Under the pieces are notes generated by a model, which was given only the letters and a program-made list of their open reading frames with translations, was not told the origin of the DNA and searched no databases. From Dehalococcoidia bacterium (GTDB lineage Bacteria; Chloroflexota; Dehalococcoidia; Lucifugimonadales; UBA3495): a stretch of DNA of 64,000 nucleotides. Both the position numbers and the translations under genes were made by a program. Shown here piece after piece: positions 29,826-40,084 of the stretch. Every line of letters begins with the position of its first letter. Positions within the stretch are counted from its first letter, which is position 1. The stretch spans positions 621-64,620 of the forward strand of contig CAXXWY010000026.1 of assembly GCA_963668505.2 (NCBI GenBank), written 5' to 3'.

Positions 29826-30689
29826 CTAACCCAGGAATTCGTCCTCCCACCTGCTGTAGTCTCCGCTGCGGGTGACCTGGGCCATGAGGTCCGCCGGCGC
29901 CAGCCGGGACGCCAGTTCATTGGGATCGACTCCCTCTTTCAGGGCCTGCAGCGCGTCGTACACTGCCTTCACCGCCGCCCGGAAGGGCTGGTGGCCCTGC
30001 AGCGCGATGCGCACGCCGTTGGCGGCCAGGAAATCCGGGTCCAGCAGTTCTTCTGAGGCGCCTCCCAGCACCAGGGGAAGATTCACCTCGGCCCGCACCG
30101 CCGCCACTTCCTCCCTGGAGCGGGCCCCCGCCAGGAACAGGGCGTCCACTCCTGTCTCCCGGTAGGCCCTGGCCCGGCGGACCGTTTCCTGGACACCGGA
30201 GAAGCGCAGGGCGCTGGTGCGGGCGGCGATTACCAGGGCCGGGTCCCGCCTGGCGGCCACGGCGGCTTTCATCTTGCCCACGCCTTCTTCCAACGGGACC
30301 ATCCGCCGTGCGCCGCCATCTCCGAAGCCCCTGGGCAACAGCGTGTCCTCGATGGTCAGGCCAGCCGTTCCGGCGTTTTCCAGTTCTTCCACGGTGCGCA
30401 TGACGTTCAGGGCGTTGCCGTAGCCGTGGTCGGCGTCCACGAGCAGGGGCAGCTCGCCGGCCCGGCAGATGCGGTGCAACTGTTGGGCCAGCTCGGTCAG
30501 CGTCAGGACTACGAGATCGGGGGCACCCAGCACCGTTGCTGAGGCCACGGAGCCCGCCAGCATCCCGACCTCGAATCCCAGGTCCTCGGCGATGCGGGCC
30601 GAGATGGGGTCGAACACCGAGGCGGCGTAAACGCACCGGTCTCCGTCGAGGATGGAGCGGAACCGCTCCCGCCGCGGGGTGGGGTTCAT
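29826..30689 (-). CDS. isocitrate lyase/PEP mutase family protein (oxaloacetate decarboxylase / methylisocitrate lyase-like)
   Basis: PLLVDADHGYGNALNV and AGLTIEDT motifs of the ICL/PEPM superfamily. Confidence 0.8.
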   Translation of the reverse strand: MNPTPRRERFRSILDGDRCVYAASVFDPISARIAEDLGFEVGMLAGSVASATVLGAPDLVVLTLTELAQQLHRICRAGELPLLVDADHGYGNALNVMRTVEELENAGTAGLTIEDTLLPRGFGDGGARRMVPLEEGVGKMKAAVAARRDPALVIAARTSALRFSGVQETVRRARAYRETGVDALFLAGARSREEVAAVRAEVNLPLVLGGASEELLDPDFLAANGVRIALQGHQPFRAAVKAVYDALQALKEGVDPNELASRLAPADLMAQVTRSGDYSRWEDEFLG

Positions 30690-30750
30690 CGGCTGACCTC
30701 GCTAGGCATGGTTCATGCTAAGATTCTCGTGACCGCCGGCCAATTCTAGC

Positions 30751-31677
30751 ATGACCGGAGACGGGATGGCAGAGACGCATATTTTGGGCGTGGACTTTAG
30801 CGGGGCCCAGTCCGACAAGAACACCTGGATTACCGAAGGTTGGTTGACCGGCGGCGCATTACACATTGAGCGTTGCCGCTCCATCAAGAGAAACGTTCTT
30901 ACGGACTTCCTGAAGACCCTTGGCAGCAACGCCGTCGCGGCGTTGGATTTCCCATTTGGCGTACCGTTGGATTTCGCCAATGTCTTGGCGCCTGAGGCTC
31001 ACACAATGCCCGAGGTGTGGGCTGCCGTGGGAGACATGTGCCTGGACGATTTCATAGACCAGCGCAACCGCTTTGTAGGCGACCCCAGGCAAGGGGAACT
31101 TCTGAGAGCTGGCGATATTCACTTCCCAGGTTGCTATTCGTGCCTGCACGACGTCAATCCCAACATGGTGCCCATGACTTATTACGGGATGAAGATGCTC
31201 AACAAACTCCGGGGATTCTACGGGGAGGTTCCACCGTTGCCTAAAGAAGGCCGCGATGGGCCGGTACTGCTCGAAACCATGCCTGGTGCCATTCTGTGGT
31301 CGCTGAAGTTACCCGCGAAAAACAGCGGCAAGAGCTATAAGACTGCAAAAGATGCTCTGGAACGCCGCCGAGAAATCTTGAATGGTCTGGGATCACAGTC
31401 CGGTATTTCACTTGGCGATCTTCACGACGGTTTCACCAAGATGTGCCTTGATAACCACGACTGCCTGGACTCCTTGGTTGCTGCCGTCGGTGCCGCGATG
31501 TGGGTGCAGTCCCAGCGCGACTTTCGAATCCCCGACTGCAAACGCACGGTAGCGCAAGTAACTGTTGGTTCACCTCGTTTACCTCGCGTCTCTCCCGAAG
31601 TCAAGGATATGGTTGAGGTCGATGCTGCCCGCATGGAAGGCTGGATATACGCTCCGATACCCGACACAAGCAACTAA
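30751..31677 (+). CDS. hypothetical protein, possibly a DUF429-like RNase H-fold nuclease
   Basis: ILGVDFSG near the N-terminus, LLETMPG, and HDCLDSLVAAVGA near the C-terminus resemble the DUF429 acidic-residue pattern. The assignment is weak. Confidence 0.45.
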   Translation: MTGDGMAETHILGVDFSGAQSDKNTWITEGWLTGGALHIERCRSIKRNVLTDFLKTLGSNAVAALDFPFGVPLDFANVLAPEAHTMPEVWAAVGDMCLDDFIDQRNRFVGDPRQGELLRAGDIHFPGCYSCLHDVNPNMVPMTYYGMKMLNKLRGFYGEVPPLPKEGRDGPVLLETMPGAILWSLKLPAKNSGKSYKTAKDALERRREILNGLGSQSGISLGDLHDGFTKMCLDNHDCLDSLVAAVGAAMWVQSQRDFRIPDCKRTVAQVTVGSPRLPRVSPEVKDMVEVDAARMEGWIYAPIPDTSN

Positions 31678-31720
31678 CCACTAACCACTGGCCACTAATG
31701 ACTAATCAGGAGGAACAACC

Positions 31721-32059
31721 ATGCAAATAGTCAGAATCTATGCCGGCGACGACGGCGAGTCCCATTTCCAGGACTTGACCCTGGACCAGTTCGTCGAGAT
31801 CGCCGCCGGCGGCGCCCAGGGGGATATCATCCTGGTGCGCATGCCCTCGCCAACTAACGGCGATTACCACAACCCTCCGCGCCGCCTGTGCCTGGTGCAT
31901 TTGGACGGGGCCGCCGAGTTCGAGACGTCGGACGGCGACAAGCGGCGGCTGGAGCCCGGGGACGTGGTGATTTCCGAGGACCTGACCGGCCGCGGGCACA
32001 TCACCCGCAACCTGGACCCTGGACTTAAGGTTAACTTGGCGATTCCCCTGGCCGGTTAG
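31721..32059 (+). CDS. cupin domain protein
   Basis: 112 aa, AGGAGG upstream, with a beta-barrel-type pattern H..P......V.L.G..E....DG....L.PGD. Confidence 0.6.
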   Translation: MQIVRIYAGDDGESHFQDLTLDQFVEIAAGGAQGDIILVRMPSPTNGDYHNPPRRLCLVHLDGAAEFETSDGDKRRLEPGDVVISEDLTGRGHITRNLDPGLKVNLAIPLAG

Positions 32060-33359
32060 AGTGCTCCGGCCGGCCTTCGCCCCTTAGTAACGCAGCCAGG
32101 TGGAGCAGCCCCTGCTGCCGCCGGGCCGTGGACGCCGCTCCAGCCCAGGCAGGGTCGATTAGCTGCGCCGCCATCTCCCGGGTCAGTTCGTTCTCCTGGA
32201 GCTTGGGAAAGCGGGCGTACAGGCCCAATGTGGCCTCCCCGGCGCCAGGGTCCCGCCGCACCGCGGCCAGCCCGTGCATGAAGGGCAGCGCCACGTTGAC
32301 CGCGAGGTCCCGCGCCCGGTCCTGGCCGATGAACGATCCCTTATGGCCGGGGTCGGCCTCTACCGTAAGGGCCGCCGTCAACTCCTTGGGACCTGTGGCC
32401 GCGAGGGTCAAACCGCGGGCCGGGCCCGAATCCAGGAAGCGGTCCAGTATCCGAGCCGCACCGGCGATGCGCCGCCGGGGATGGTTGGAGGGCCGCACCC
32501 GGAACAGCCGCCACTCCTTGACGGACAGGGCGGGACCGAACCCGCTCCGGCGGGAGGGCGTTGCTGCACCGTGCCCCTGCAGAGGAAACCCCGCCAGGGA
32601 CAGCAGCAGCGATTCCAGTTGTTCCACCCGCTTGCTCCCCGGTGATCCGTCAGCGGCCCTGGCAAGGGCCTCGTAGGGCGCCCGCTGGGCCAGCTTCAAG
32701 AAGGGCTGTTGATTGAAGCGATAGCCCAGCCCTTCTAACATCCCCTCGTACAGGACCTGGTCTGGGCCCTGCTCCTGAAGCAGGCTTTGGATCCATGCGC
32801 TCTTGCCCAGGAACCGCCGGTCGCCGGCCTCGTCCAGCAGCGACTCCAACTCGTCCTTGCTAGCCGGTTCCGGGTACCCGTGACGGGCCAGCACCTCCCA
32901 AAGAGCAGGGTTGGGGCCGCCTTCGGGAGGGTCGTCGCCTTCCAGCAGCGCCTGCAATGACACCACCGGGGCCTGTCGTCCGCTTTGCAGCTCGGTGGCG
33001 GGCGACTCCACTTCCAGCGCGGCGTGAAGGACCACCCCGTTGTAGTTGGGGTCGCTGCCGTGGCCGTGGCTGCGCCAGTCTCTCTGGTGCAGGTGGATTT
33101 CCACGTCGCCCCGCACCAGGCCCACTCCGTCCAGCTGGAGCAGCGCATCTCGGAAGTCCGGGCCAGCTCCGCCGCCGGGGTGTCCGGGGTACAGCACCCT
33201 GAAGCGCGTCCCGTTCCCGGTGCGGAACTCGGCCTGCCGGGCGGCGCGTTTGCTCCACAGGCGGGCGAGCAGGCTTTCCGGCATGGGCTTTCCGGCGGGC
33301 TTCTTCTCCCGCAGCAGAGGCCCCGGCCCGCGGTGGGCGCTGCCGGCGGCGTATTCCAT
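32031..33359 (-). CDS. DUF2851 family protein
   Basis: LLARLW...FRVLYPGHPGGGAGPDFRDALLQLDG...GDVEIHLHQRDWRSHGHGSDPNYNGVVLHAA matches the DUF2851 N-terminal signature. Start at ATG 33359, or alternatively 33284. Confidence 0.7.
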   Translation of the reverse strand: MEYAAGSAHRGPGPLLREKKPAGKPMPESLLARLWSKRAARQAEFRTGNGTRFRVLYPGHPGGGAGPDFRDALLQLDGVGLVRGDVEIHLHQRDWRSHGHGSDPNYNGVVLHAALEVESPATELQSGRQAPVVSLQALLEGDDPPEGGPNPALWEVLARHGYPEPASKDELESLLDEAGDRRFLGKSAWIQSLLQEQGPDQVLYEGMLEGLGYRFNQQPFLKLAQRAPYEALARAADGSPGSKRVEQLESLLLSLAGFPLQGHGAATPSRRSGFGPALSVKEWRLFRVRPSNHPRRRIAGAARILDRFLDSGPARGLTLAATGPKELTAALTVEADPGHKGSFIGQDRARDLAVNVALPFMHGLAAVRRDPGAGEATLGLYARFPKLQENELTREMAAQLIDPAWAGAASTARRQQGLLHLAALLRGEGRPEHSNRPGESPS

Positions 33360-33496
33360 ATCCCCCACCTCTACGGTACTTCGATCTTTTACTGAAGATA
33401 CCACACTCGCCCGCCTTCCGGTAAGGATGCGTCGCCTTGCCCTTTTGTGCGCCAAGCCCGTAAAATGGCCCAACACCAGAAGGGGGTTCCTGGGCG

Positions 33497-34711
33497 ATGG
33501 CAGGCTTTAATCATCCTCTGGAGGATATCCGGGTTATTGACTTGGGCCGGCACCAGGCGGGGCCCCGGTGCGCCCAGGTGCTGGCCCGCATGGGCGCCGA
33601 GGTAATCAAAGTCGAGCGGTTGGGTGGAGAGGAGACCCGCTACCACGCCCCCTGGGTTAAGAAGCAAAGCTCTTACTGGGTACAGTACAACTCGGGCAAG
33701 AAGAGCCTGAGCATGGACCTGCGTAAGGAAGAAGGCAAGGAGGTTCTGCGCAAGCTGGTGAAGATTTCCGACGTCGTGATACAGAATTTCCGGCCCGGCA
33801 CCATCGAAAAGATCGGCTTCGGCTACGACGCGCTCAGGGAGATCAACCCCAGGATCATCATGGTGAATATCTCCGCCTACGGCCAGTTCGGGCCGTACCG
33901 TGACAACATCGGCTACGACCCCATCGGGCAGACGATGGCCGGCATCACCATGGTGACCGGCGAGGAGTGGATGCCGCCCATCCCCACCGGCGTGCCCTTC
34001 ATCGACCGCATCACCGCCCTGCACGGGGCCATCGGGACCCTGGCGGCGTTGCACGAGCGGGAGGTCTCCGGCGAGGGCCAGTCAATGGACGTTTGCCTGG
34101 CCGACTCCGGCTACAGCATGACCGAGATTCCCGTAACCGCCTTCCACGGCACCAGGGTGCCGCCCAAGCGCGGCGGCCCGGCGGCACCTCCCCACGGCAT
34201 CTATCCCTGCAAGGGCGGCTGGGTGATGCTTTCCTCGGGGGACCAGCACCACTGGTACCGGGTCTGCGACGCCCTGGGAAAGCCCGAGTGGGAGCACGAC
34301 CCAAGGTTCACCACCAGGCACGCGCGGACGGAGAACGCCGCCGTCGTCAACGAGGCCCTCAACGAGCTGCTGTCCAAGATGACCATGCAGGAGGCCATTG
34401 ACTACTTCACCAAGTACGACGTGGTGGCGGCGCCGGTCAACGACATCCCCATGGCCGCCGACGACCCTCACCCCTGGGAGCGCCGGGCCATGGTGGAAGT
34501 CCCCGACTTTCTGGCCGGCAGCATCGCGGTGTCCGGGGATTACTGGCACTTCAGCAGGACCCCCGTGGTCATTGGGACGACCCCCAAGGTCGGCGAGCAC
34601 AACGAGGAAGTGCTCTGCGATATTCTGGGCTACTCGCCGGAGGACGTGGCCCGCTTGCGCGATGAGCAGGTCATAGGGGAGACGGACTTCTACGACGAGG
34701 TGCCCGGCTAG
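33497..34711 (+). CDS. CoA transferase family III (CaiB/BaiF)
   Basis: IRVIDLGRHQAGPRCAQVLARMGAEVIKVE and NFRPG motifs. Confidence 0.9.
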   Translation: MAGFNHPLEDIRVIDLGRHQAGPRCAQVLARMGAEVIKVERLGGEETRYHAPWVKKQSSYWVQYNSGKKSLSMDLRKEEGKEVLRKLVKISDVVIQNFRPGTIEKIGFGYDALREINPRIIMVNISAYGQFGPYRDNIGYDPIGQTMAGITMVTGEEWMPPIPTGVPFIDRITALHGAIGTLAALHEREVSGEGQSMDVCLADSGYSMTEIPVTAFHGTRVPPKRGGPAAPPHGIYPCKGGWVMLSSGDQHHWYRVCDALGKPEWEHDPRFTTRHARTENAAVVNEALNELLSKMTMQEAIDYFTKYDVVAAPVNDIPMAADDPHPWERRAMVEVPDFLAGSIAVSGDYWHFSRTPVVIGTTPKVGEHNEEVLCDILGYSPEDVARLRDEQVIGETDFYDEVPG

Positions 34712-34845
34712 CCTCGTATCCTGGCCCGCGAGGCCCTTACTCTACAGTCCAGCAAGCGGTCTCGTTCCCCGATAATCCGGCCCCGATAGTTTGGCCGCGC
34801 TTCAGGTGGCCGTCCGCCATCACTTCCCGGGTTATCCGGCGCGCT

Positions 34846-34863
34846 CCTCGGCGGCCGCCGAGG
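34846..34863 (+). terminator. candidate hairpin terminator (18-bp perfect palindrome CCTCGGCGGCCGCCGAGG followed by TTCTTCC)
   Basis: The palindrome was read directly. It lies 135 nt downstream of the CoA-transferase stop. The T tract is poor. Confidence 0.3.
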
Positions 34864-34968
34864 TTCTTCCGCAAGGCCACCGGCTATGTTATCCTCAGGG
34901 CATCTATCTATCCTTTTTCCGAACCTGTTTTTTCTCTATCGCCACCGCTGGAAGGGAGGTGAAGTACG

Positions 34969-36018
34969 GTGGTAGCCCTTTGGATGCTCAGGGCATTGGG
35001 CGCCGGGGGATTTGGTGTCATAGGCTGGAGATTGGGCGCAATTATCTCTGATTTGTCTTCAGGTGAGCAGAGTTTTATCCCCTGGGGCTTGGCCCTAACC
35101 GTCGCCGGAATTCCGTTGGGCGCTCTTTTGGCGCCCTACCTGACCGTAAAACCTTGGCGCATGGGTGGCGAGTACATCAGCGCCCTTTCCGGCTCCACGC
35201 TGGTAAGCGGCACCGCCGGCTTGCTGGTAGGCCTGGTGGTGGCCGCTCTTGTGTCGATTCCCCTGTTCAGCCTGGGCGGCTGGCTGGGTTGGGGCGTGCC
35301 GGTGATTGTCACCGCATGCCTGGGCCTTTTGGGACTGTGGACCGGCGTCAACCGCAGAAGGGACGTGCAGGCCCTGTTCCCCGCCTTGGAGAACGCCCAG
35401 GGCCGGCAAAAGGCCCAACGAAATGGGAGCATACTGGTCGACACCAGCGCTATCATCGACGGCCGTATCGCCGACCTGACATCGACGGGATTTCTCGAGG
35501 GGGCCTTTGTGGTTCCCCGTTTCATCCTGGACGAGTTGCGGCACATCGCTGATTCCAGCGACCCCTTGAGGCGCGTCAGGGGCCGCAGGGGGTTGGAGGT
35601 GCTGGGCCGCCTGCGCAACGACAGCGCCGTTCCACTGGAGGTGCTGGACGTGGGCGTCGCCCGGGGCGACGAGGTGGACTCCAGCCTGGTGCAGCTTGCC
35701 CGCAGCATGAAATCGCCCATACTTACCACTGACTACAACCTCAACCGCGTGGCCGAGCTGCAGGGGGTGCAGGTGTTGAACGTCAACGAACTGGCCAACG
35801 CCGTGAAGTCCATCGTGCTGCCCGGCGAGGAACTGAGGGTCAACATCGTGCAGGAAGGAAAAGAAGCAGGACAGGGGGTGGCCTACCTGGACGACGGCAC
35901 CATGGTGGTGGTCGAGGGCGGCCGGCGATATCTGAACGCCTTCCACGACGTGGCGGTGACCCGGGTTCTGCAGACCGCGGCGGGCCGCATAATCTTCGCC
36001 CAGCCCAAGGGCGGCTGA
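34969..36018 (+). CDS. membrane-anchored PIN/TRAM domain protein (YacL-like)
   Basis: N-terminal TM helices, a PIN domain (ILVDTSAIIDGRI...LTTDYNLN) and a C-terminal TRAM-like beta domain. Precedes ispD-ispF, as yacL does in Bacillus. Confidence 0.8.
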   Translation: MVALWMLRALGAGGFGVIGWRLGAIISDLSSGEQSFIPWGLALTVAGIPLGALLAPYLTVKPWRMGGEYISALSGSTLVSGTAGLLVGLVVAALVSIPLFSLGGWLGWGVPVIVTACLGLLGLWTGVNRRRDVQALFPALENAQGRQKAQRNGSILVDTSAIIDGRIADLTSTGFLEGAFVVPRFILDELRHIADSSDPLRRVRGRRGLEVLGRLRNDSAVPLEVLDVGVARGDEVDSSLVQLARSMKSPILTTDYNLNRVAELQGVQVLNVNELANAVKSIVLPGEELRVNIVQEGKEAGQGVAYLDDGTMVVVEGGRRYLNAFHDVAVTRVLQTAAGRIIFAQPKGG

Positions 36019-36040
36019 GCCCCCAGGGTTTGGTCCGGAA

Positions 36041-36754
36041 ATGCTTTCTCGTGAAACGGTGGGAGCGGTGGTGGCGGCCGCCGGCAAGAGCAGCCGCATG
36101 GGTGGCCTGGACAAGATCTTCACCCCCGTCCTGGGCCAACCGCTCCTGTCCTACGCCCTGGCCCAATTGGAGACATTCCCTGCTGTGACTCGGGTTGCGG
36201 TGGTGTTGGACGAGGGTTCTGTAGAGCAGGGGGATGAGCTGGTGCGCCGGCGCGAATTCCGCAAGGTCGTCAAAGTTTGCCCCGGAGGCGCGCGCCGCCA
36301 GGACTCGGTGCGCCTGGGCATGGAAGCCCTTGGCTCCTGCGATTTGGTGGTTGTCCACGACGGCGCCCGCCCCTGCCTGGACCACTGCATGCTGGCCCGC
36401 GGCCTGGAAGCCGCCCGGGAGTGGGGAGCGGCGGTGGCCGGGGTCCCGGTGAAGGACACCATCAAGGTTGCCACGCCCCAGGGCTTGGTGCTGGACACTC
36501 CGCCCAGGGAAACCCTCTGGGCTGCCCAGACGCCCCAGGTATTCCGGTATTCCCTGCTTTGGGATGCCCACCAGCGCTGCCGAGGGGAGTTTACCGACGA
36601 CGCTTCCATGTTGGAGAGCCTGGGCCATTCGGTCAAGATGTTCCTGGGCTCCTACCAGAACCTGAAGGTCACCACGCCGGAGGACCTGGCAGTGGCGGAA
36701 GCGTTCCTGGCGGCCCGCGGCGGGGCCCGCGATTTTTTATCGAGAGAGTGCTAG
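36041..36754 (+). CDS. ispD: 2-C-methyl-D-erythritol 4-phosphate cytidylyltransferase
   Basis: AVVAAAGKSSRMG, GGARRQDSV and VHDGARP motifs. Confidence 0.95.
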   Translation: MLSRETVGAVVAAAGKSSRMGGLDKIFTPVLGQPLLSYALAQLETFPAVTRVAVVLDEGSVEQGDELVRRREFRKVVKVCPGGARRQDSVRLGMEALGSCDLVVVHDGARPCLDHCMLARGLEAAREWGAAVAGVPVKDTIKVATPQGLVLDTPPRETLWAAQTPQVFRYSLLWDAHQRCRGEFTDDASMLESLGHSVKMFLGSYQNLKVTTPEDLAVAEAFLAARGGARDFLSREC

Positions 36755-36763
36755 CATGAGGCC

Positions 36764-37255
36764 ATGTCGCAAATAGACTTCCGGGTGGGCACAGGCTTTG
36801 ACGCTCATGCCCTGGTCTCAGGCCGGCGGCTGGTGCTGGGCGGCGTACCCATACCCCATGATTACGGCCTGGCCGGGCACAGCGATGGCGACGTGCTGCT
36901 CCACGCCGTCATGGACGCTTTGCTTGGAGCCGCTGGGCTGGGGGATATAGGGGTCCAGTTTCCATCGGACGACGCCCAATACGAGGGTATTTCAAGCCTG
37001 CTGCTGCTGTCCCGGGTGAAGGACCTTGTAAGCTCCGCCGGTTGGCGCATATCCAACGTCGATGCTACAATGGTGGCCCAAACGCCCAGGCTGGGCCCCT
37101 TCGTGGAAGCTATACGGCAACAGACGGCTTCCGCCCTTTCCATCGAGGCCCGGCGGGTCGGAATCAAGGCCACCACCACAGACCACCTGGGATTCACCGG
37201 CAGGGAAGAAGGCATCGCCGCCTACGCCGTCGCATCGATAGTAACGGAGCAATGA
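36764..37255 (+). CDS. ispF: 2-C-methyl-D-erythritol 2,4-cyclodiphosphate synthase
   Basis: RVGTGFDAHAL, GHSDGDVLLHAVMDALLGA and ATTTDHLGFTGR motifs. Confidence 0.95.
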   Translation: MSQIDFRVGTGFDAHALVSGRRLVLGGVPIPHDYGLAGHSDGDVLLHAVMDALLGAAGLGDIGVQFPSDDAQYEGISSLLLLSRVKDLVSSAGWRISNVDATMVAQTPRLGPFVEAIRQQTASALSIEARRVGIKATTTDHLGFTGREEGIAAYAVASIVTEQ

Positions 37256-38631
37256 AGCTTTACAACACCCTGGCCGGCGAGTCCCAGACCTTTACCCCCG
37301 TTGACCCCCAGATCGTCAAGATGTACGTCTGCGGAGTGACTCCCTACGCCGCCTCCCACGTGGGCCACGCCCTAAGCTACGTCGTGTTCGACGTGCTCCG
37401 TCGCTACCTGGAGTTTCAGGGCTACCAGGTGCGTCACGTCCAGAACTTCACCGACGTGGACGACAAGATAATTCAGAGAGCCCAGGAGCAGGGCGTGTCC
37501 GTCGACGACTTGGCCGACAGGCACATCGAAGAGTTCTTCCGCTCCATAGACGCCCTGAACATCCAGCGGGCCCACGTATATCCCCGGGCCACCAAGGAGA
37601 TCGGCCCCATCATCGGAACGATCTCCGAACTGGTGGACAAAGGCTACGCCTACCAGGCGGATGGCGACGTGTTCTTCCGGGTGACCCGCAGCGAGGGGTA
37701 TGGGAAGCTGAGCCGCCGCACGCTGGACGGCATGGTGGCCGGCGCCAGGGTTGAAGTAGACGGCCGCAAAGAGCACCCCATGGACTTCACCCTGTGGAAG
37801 GCGTCCCAACCCGGCGAGCCGGCCTGGGACAGCCCTTGGGGCCCCGGACGCCCCGGATGGCACATCGAGTGCACGTCGATGGCCAATACCTACCTGGGGG
37901 AATGCCTGGACATCCACGGCGGCGGGCAGGACCTGATTTTTCCCCATCACGAGAACGAGATAGCCCAAAGCGAGGCCGCTTCCGGACGGGAACCCTTCTC
38001 CCGCTGCTGGGTGCACAACGGCCTGTTGCGGTTGGGCGAAGACAAGATGAGCAAGTCCCTGGGCAACCTGGTGCTGGTGGAAGAGGCCCTGGAACGGTAC
38101 TCCCCCGACGCCCTGCGTCTCTATTTCCTGAGTTCCCACTATCGCAGCCCCTTCCAGTTCAGCGACGACGGCTGCGCCGCCATGGAACGCAGCGTCCAGA
38201 GGCTGGGACAGGCCCTGGTCCGAGACGATTCAGGCGCCGGTCAGGACCTGGAGCCGGAGCCGTACCAACAACGTTTCCTGGAAGCCATGGACGATGATCT
38301 GAACACGCCCCGGGCGCTGGCGGCGCTCTTCGACCTGGCCCGGGAGATAAACCGGGCCGGTGACGACGGCCGCAGCATCGGCCAGGCCCAGGACTGTCTC
38401 AGACGCCTGGGACAGGTTCTGGGCCTCACCTTCCAAGACCAACAGTCCGGGAAAGAGGATCGGTTGCCGGCAGAGCCCTTTGTCCGGCTGCTGCTGGACA
38501 TCCGGACCCAGTTGCGGCAGGCCAAGCAGTACGAGATGGCGGACCGGATCAGGCAGGAACTGGACGCCCAGGGGGTATCGGTGGAAGATTCCCCCGACGG
38601 CACCCATTGGCAGTTCCGCCGCCGGCCCTGA
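37252..38631 (+). CDS. cysS: cysteine--tRNA ligase
   Basis: MYVCGVTPYAASHVGHA (HIGH) and KMSKSLGN (KMSKS). True ATG at 37252 overlaps the ispF stop (ATGA). Confidence 0.95.
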   Translation: MKLYNTLAGESQTFTPVDPQIVKMYVCGVTPYAASHVGHALSYVVFDVLRRYLEFQGYQVRHVQNFTDVDDKIIQRAQEQGVSVDDLADRHIEEFFRSIDALNIQRAHVYPRATKEIGPIIGTISELVDKGYAYQADGDVFFRVTRSEGYGKLSRRTLDGMVAGARVEVDGRKEHPMDFTLWKASQPGEPAWDSPWGPGRPGWHIECTSMANTYLGECLDIHGGGQDLIFPHHENEIAQSEAASGREPFSRCWVHNGLLRLGEDKMSKSLGNLVLVEEALERYSPDALRLYFLSSHYRSPFQFSDDGCAAMERSVQRLGQALVRDDSGAGQDLEPEPYQQRFLEAMDDDLNTPRALAALFDLAREINRAGDDGRSIGQAQDCLRRLGQVLGLTFQDQQSGKEDRLPAEPFVRLLLDIRTQLRQAKQYEMADRIRQELDAQGVSVEDSPDGTHWQFRRRP

Positions 38632-38637
38632 AATACT

Positions 38638-40026
38638 GTGCTGGATAGCTCGACCATCGAGGCCCTGGCCCGGATCGTCGGTGCGCCCAACGTCCTCACC
38701 AGCCCCTACGACTTGGACCGGTATTCGGCCGACGCCCTGACTCCCTTCCGGGCCTTTGGCGCCGAAGCCAAGTTCGAACGGTTGGCCGACCTGGTGGCCC
38801 GTCCCGGCAGCACCGGAGAGGTCTCACGCATCGTAGCCCTGGCCAACCAGCGCGGGATTCCCTTGGTGCCCTACGGCGGAGGCACCGGCGTCATGGGCGG
38901 CGTGCTGCCGGTTTGCGGCGGGATTATCGTAGACGTCGGACGAATGGACCGGGTGCTGGACGTGAATGGGGAAGACCTGACCGCACGGGTCGAAGCGGGG
39001 GTTGTGCTCCAGGACTTGGAGGACAACCTGTCGGAGCACGATCTCATGCCGGGCCACGACCCCTACAGCGTGCCCGTCGCCACCGTGGGAGGGGCCATAT
39101 CCACCAACGGCGTAGGCTATCGCGCTGGGGCCTTTGGCCCCATGGGAGAGCAGGTCCTGGGTCTGGAGGCGGTGCTTCCCAACGGCAGTGTCATCACCAC
39201 CCGTCCATTGCCCAAGTACTCCTCAGGTCCCAACCTCAACCAGTTGTTAATCGGCAGTGAAGGCGTGTTCGGCATCGTTACCCAGGCAACGATTCGCGTT
39301 TACAGGCGGCCGGAAGCCCGGGTCTTTGCCACGGCGTCCTTCGACAGCTTTGACCAGGGATTTGCCGCCGCCGCCGAGTTGCTGGCCCTGGGAATCCGGC
39401 CCACGCTGCTGGACCTGACCGAGGAAGAGTCCGGTATACGGCTCTTTCTGCTGTTCGAGGGATACCGGCAAGGAGTCGCCGCACAGCAACAGCGCTCGGC
39501 CCAGGTTTGCGCCCAGTTCGGAGGCCGCGATATCGGCCCCGGACCCACGGAGGTCTACTGGCGGGACCGGCATCAGTCGGGGCAAACCTACAAGGAGTCG
39601 TTCCTGGGGCTGCCCCGGCAGGTCAGGTGGGAACGCAGTTGGGGCCGCGGCTTCGACTACCTGCACCTGGCGCTGCCGGTTTCCAAGGTGCTGGAATACC
39701 GGCGGCGCTGCGACGAGTTGATGGCCGGCAGCGGGGTCAGGGCTGTGGAGTACTCAATCTGGAGCCGGCCGGAGTTGTTTTCCATGCTCATGGTGTCGGA
39801 CCCTGAAGCCGGCGACGACTATCGTGACAGGCTGGCCCAAGTGGTTGACCAGGCATTGAAGCTGGCCCAGGACATGGGCGGGGCAATGGAATACTGCCAC
39901 GGCGTGGGAGTAAAGCTGGACCGCCTGCTGGGGCGGGAACTGGGCGCGGGCCACGACGTTCTACGAGAACTAAAGCAAGCCCTGGACCCAGCCAACATCA
40001 TGAATCCCGGGAAGCTGGGGTTGTAA
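38638..40026 (+). CDS. FAD-binding oxidase (GlcD/D-lactate dehydrogenase family)
   Basis: PGSTGEVSRIVALANQRGIPLVPYGGGTGVMGG FAD_binding_4 signature, with a C-terminal FAD-oxidase_C region. GTG start. Confidence 0.85.
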   Translation: MLDSSTIEALARIVGAPNVLTSPYDLDRYSADALTPFRAFGAEAKFERLADLVARPGSTGEVSRIVALANQRGIPLVPYGGGTGVMGGVLPVCGGIIVDVGRMDRVLDVNGEDLTARVEAGVVLQDLEDNLSEHDLMPGHDPYSVPVATVGGAISTNGVGYRAGAFGPMGEQVLGLEAVLPNGSVITTRPLPKYSSGPNLNQLLIGSEGVFGIVTQATIRVYRRPEARVFATASFDSFDQGFAAAAELLALGIRPTLLDLTEEESGIRLFLLFEGYRQGVAAQQQRSAQVCAQFGGRDIGPGPTEVYWRDRHQSGQTYKESFLGLPRQVRWERSWGRGFDYLHLALPVSKVLEYRRRCDELMAGSGVRAVEYSIWSRPELFSMLMVSDPEAGDDYRDRLAQVVDQALKLAQDMGGAMEYCHGVGVKLDRLLGRELGAGHDVLRELKQALDPANIMNPGKLGL

Positions 40027-40084
40027 GCCGTCGAAAGCCGGCGGGTATTATCGCATGATACCGACTTGAAACTGGTGTCCCTGC

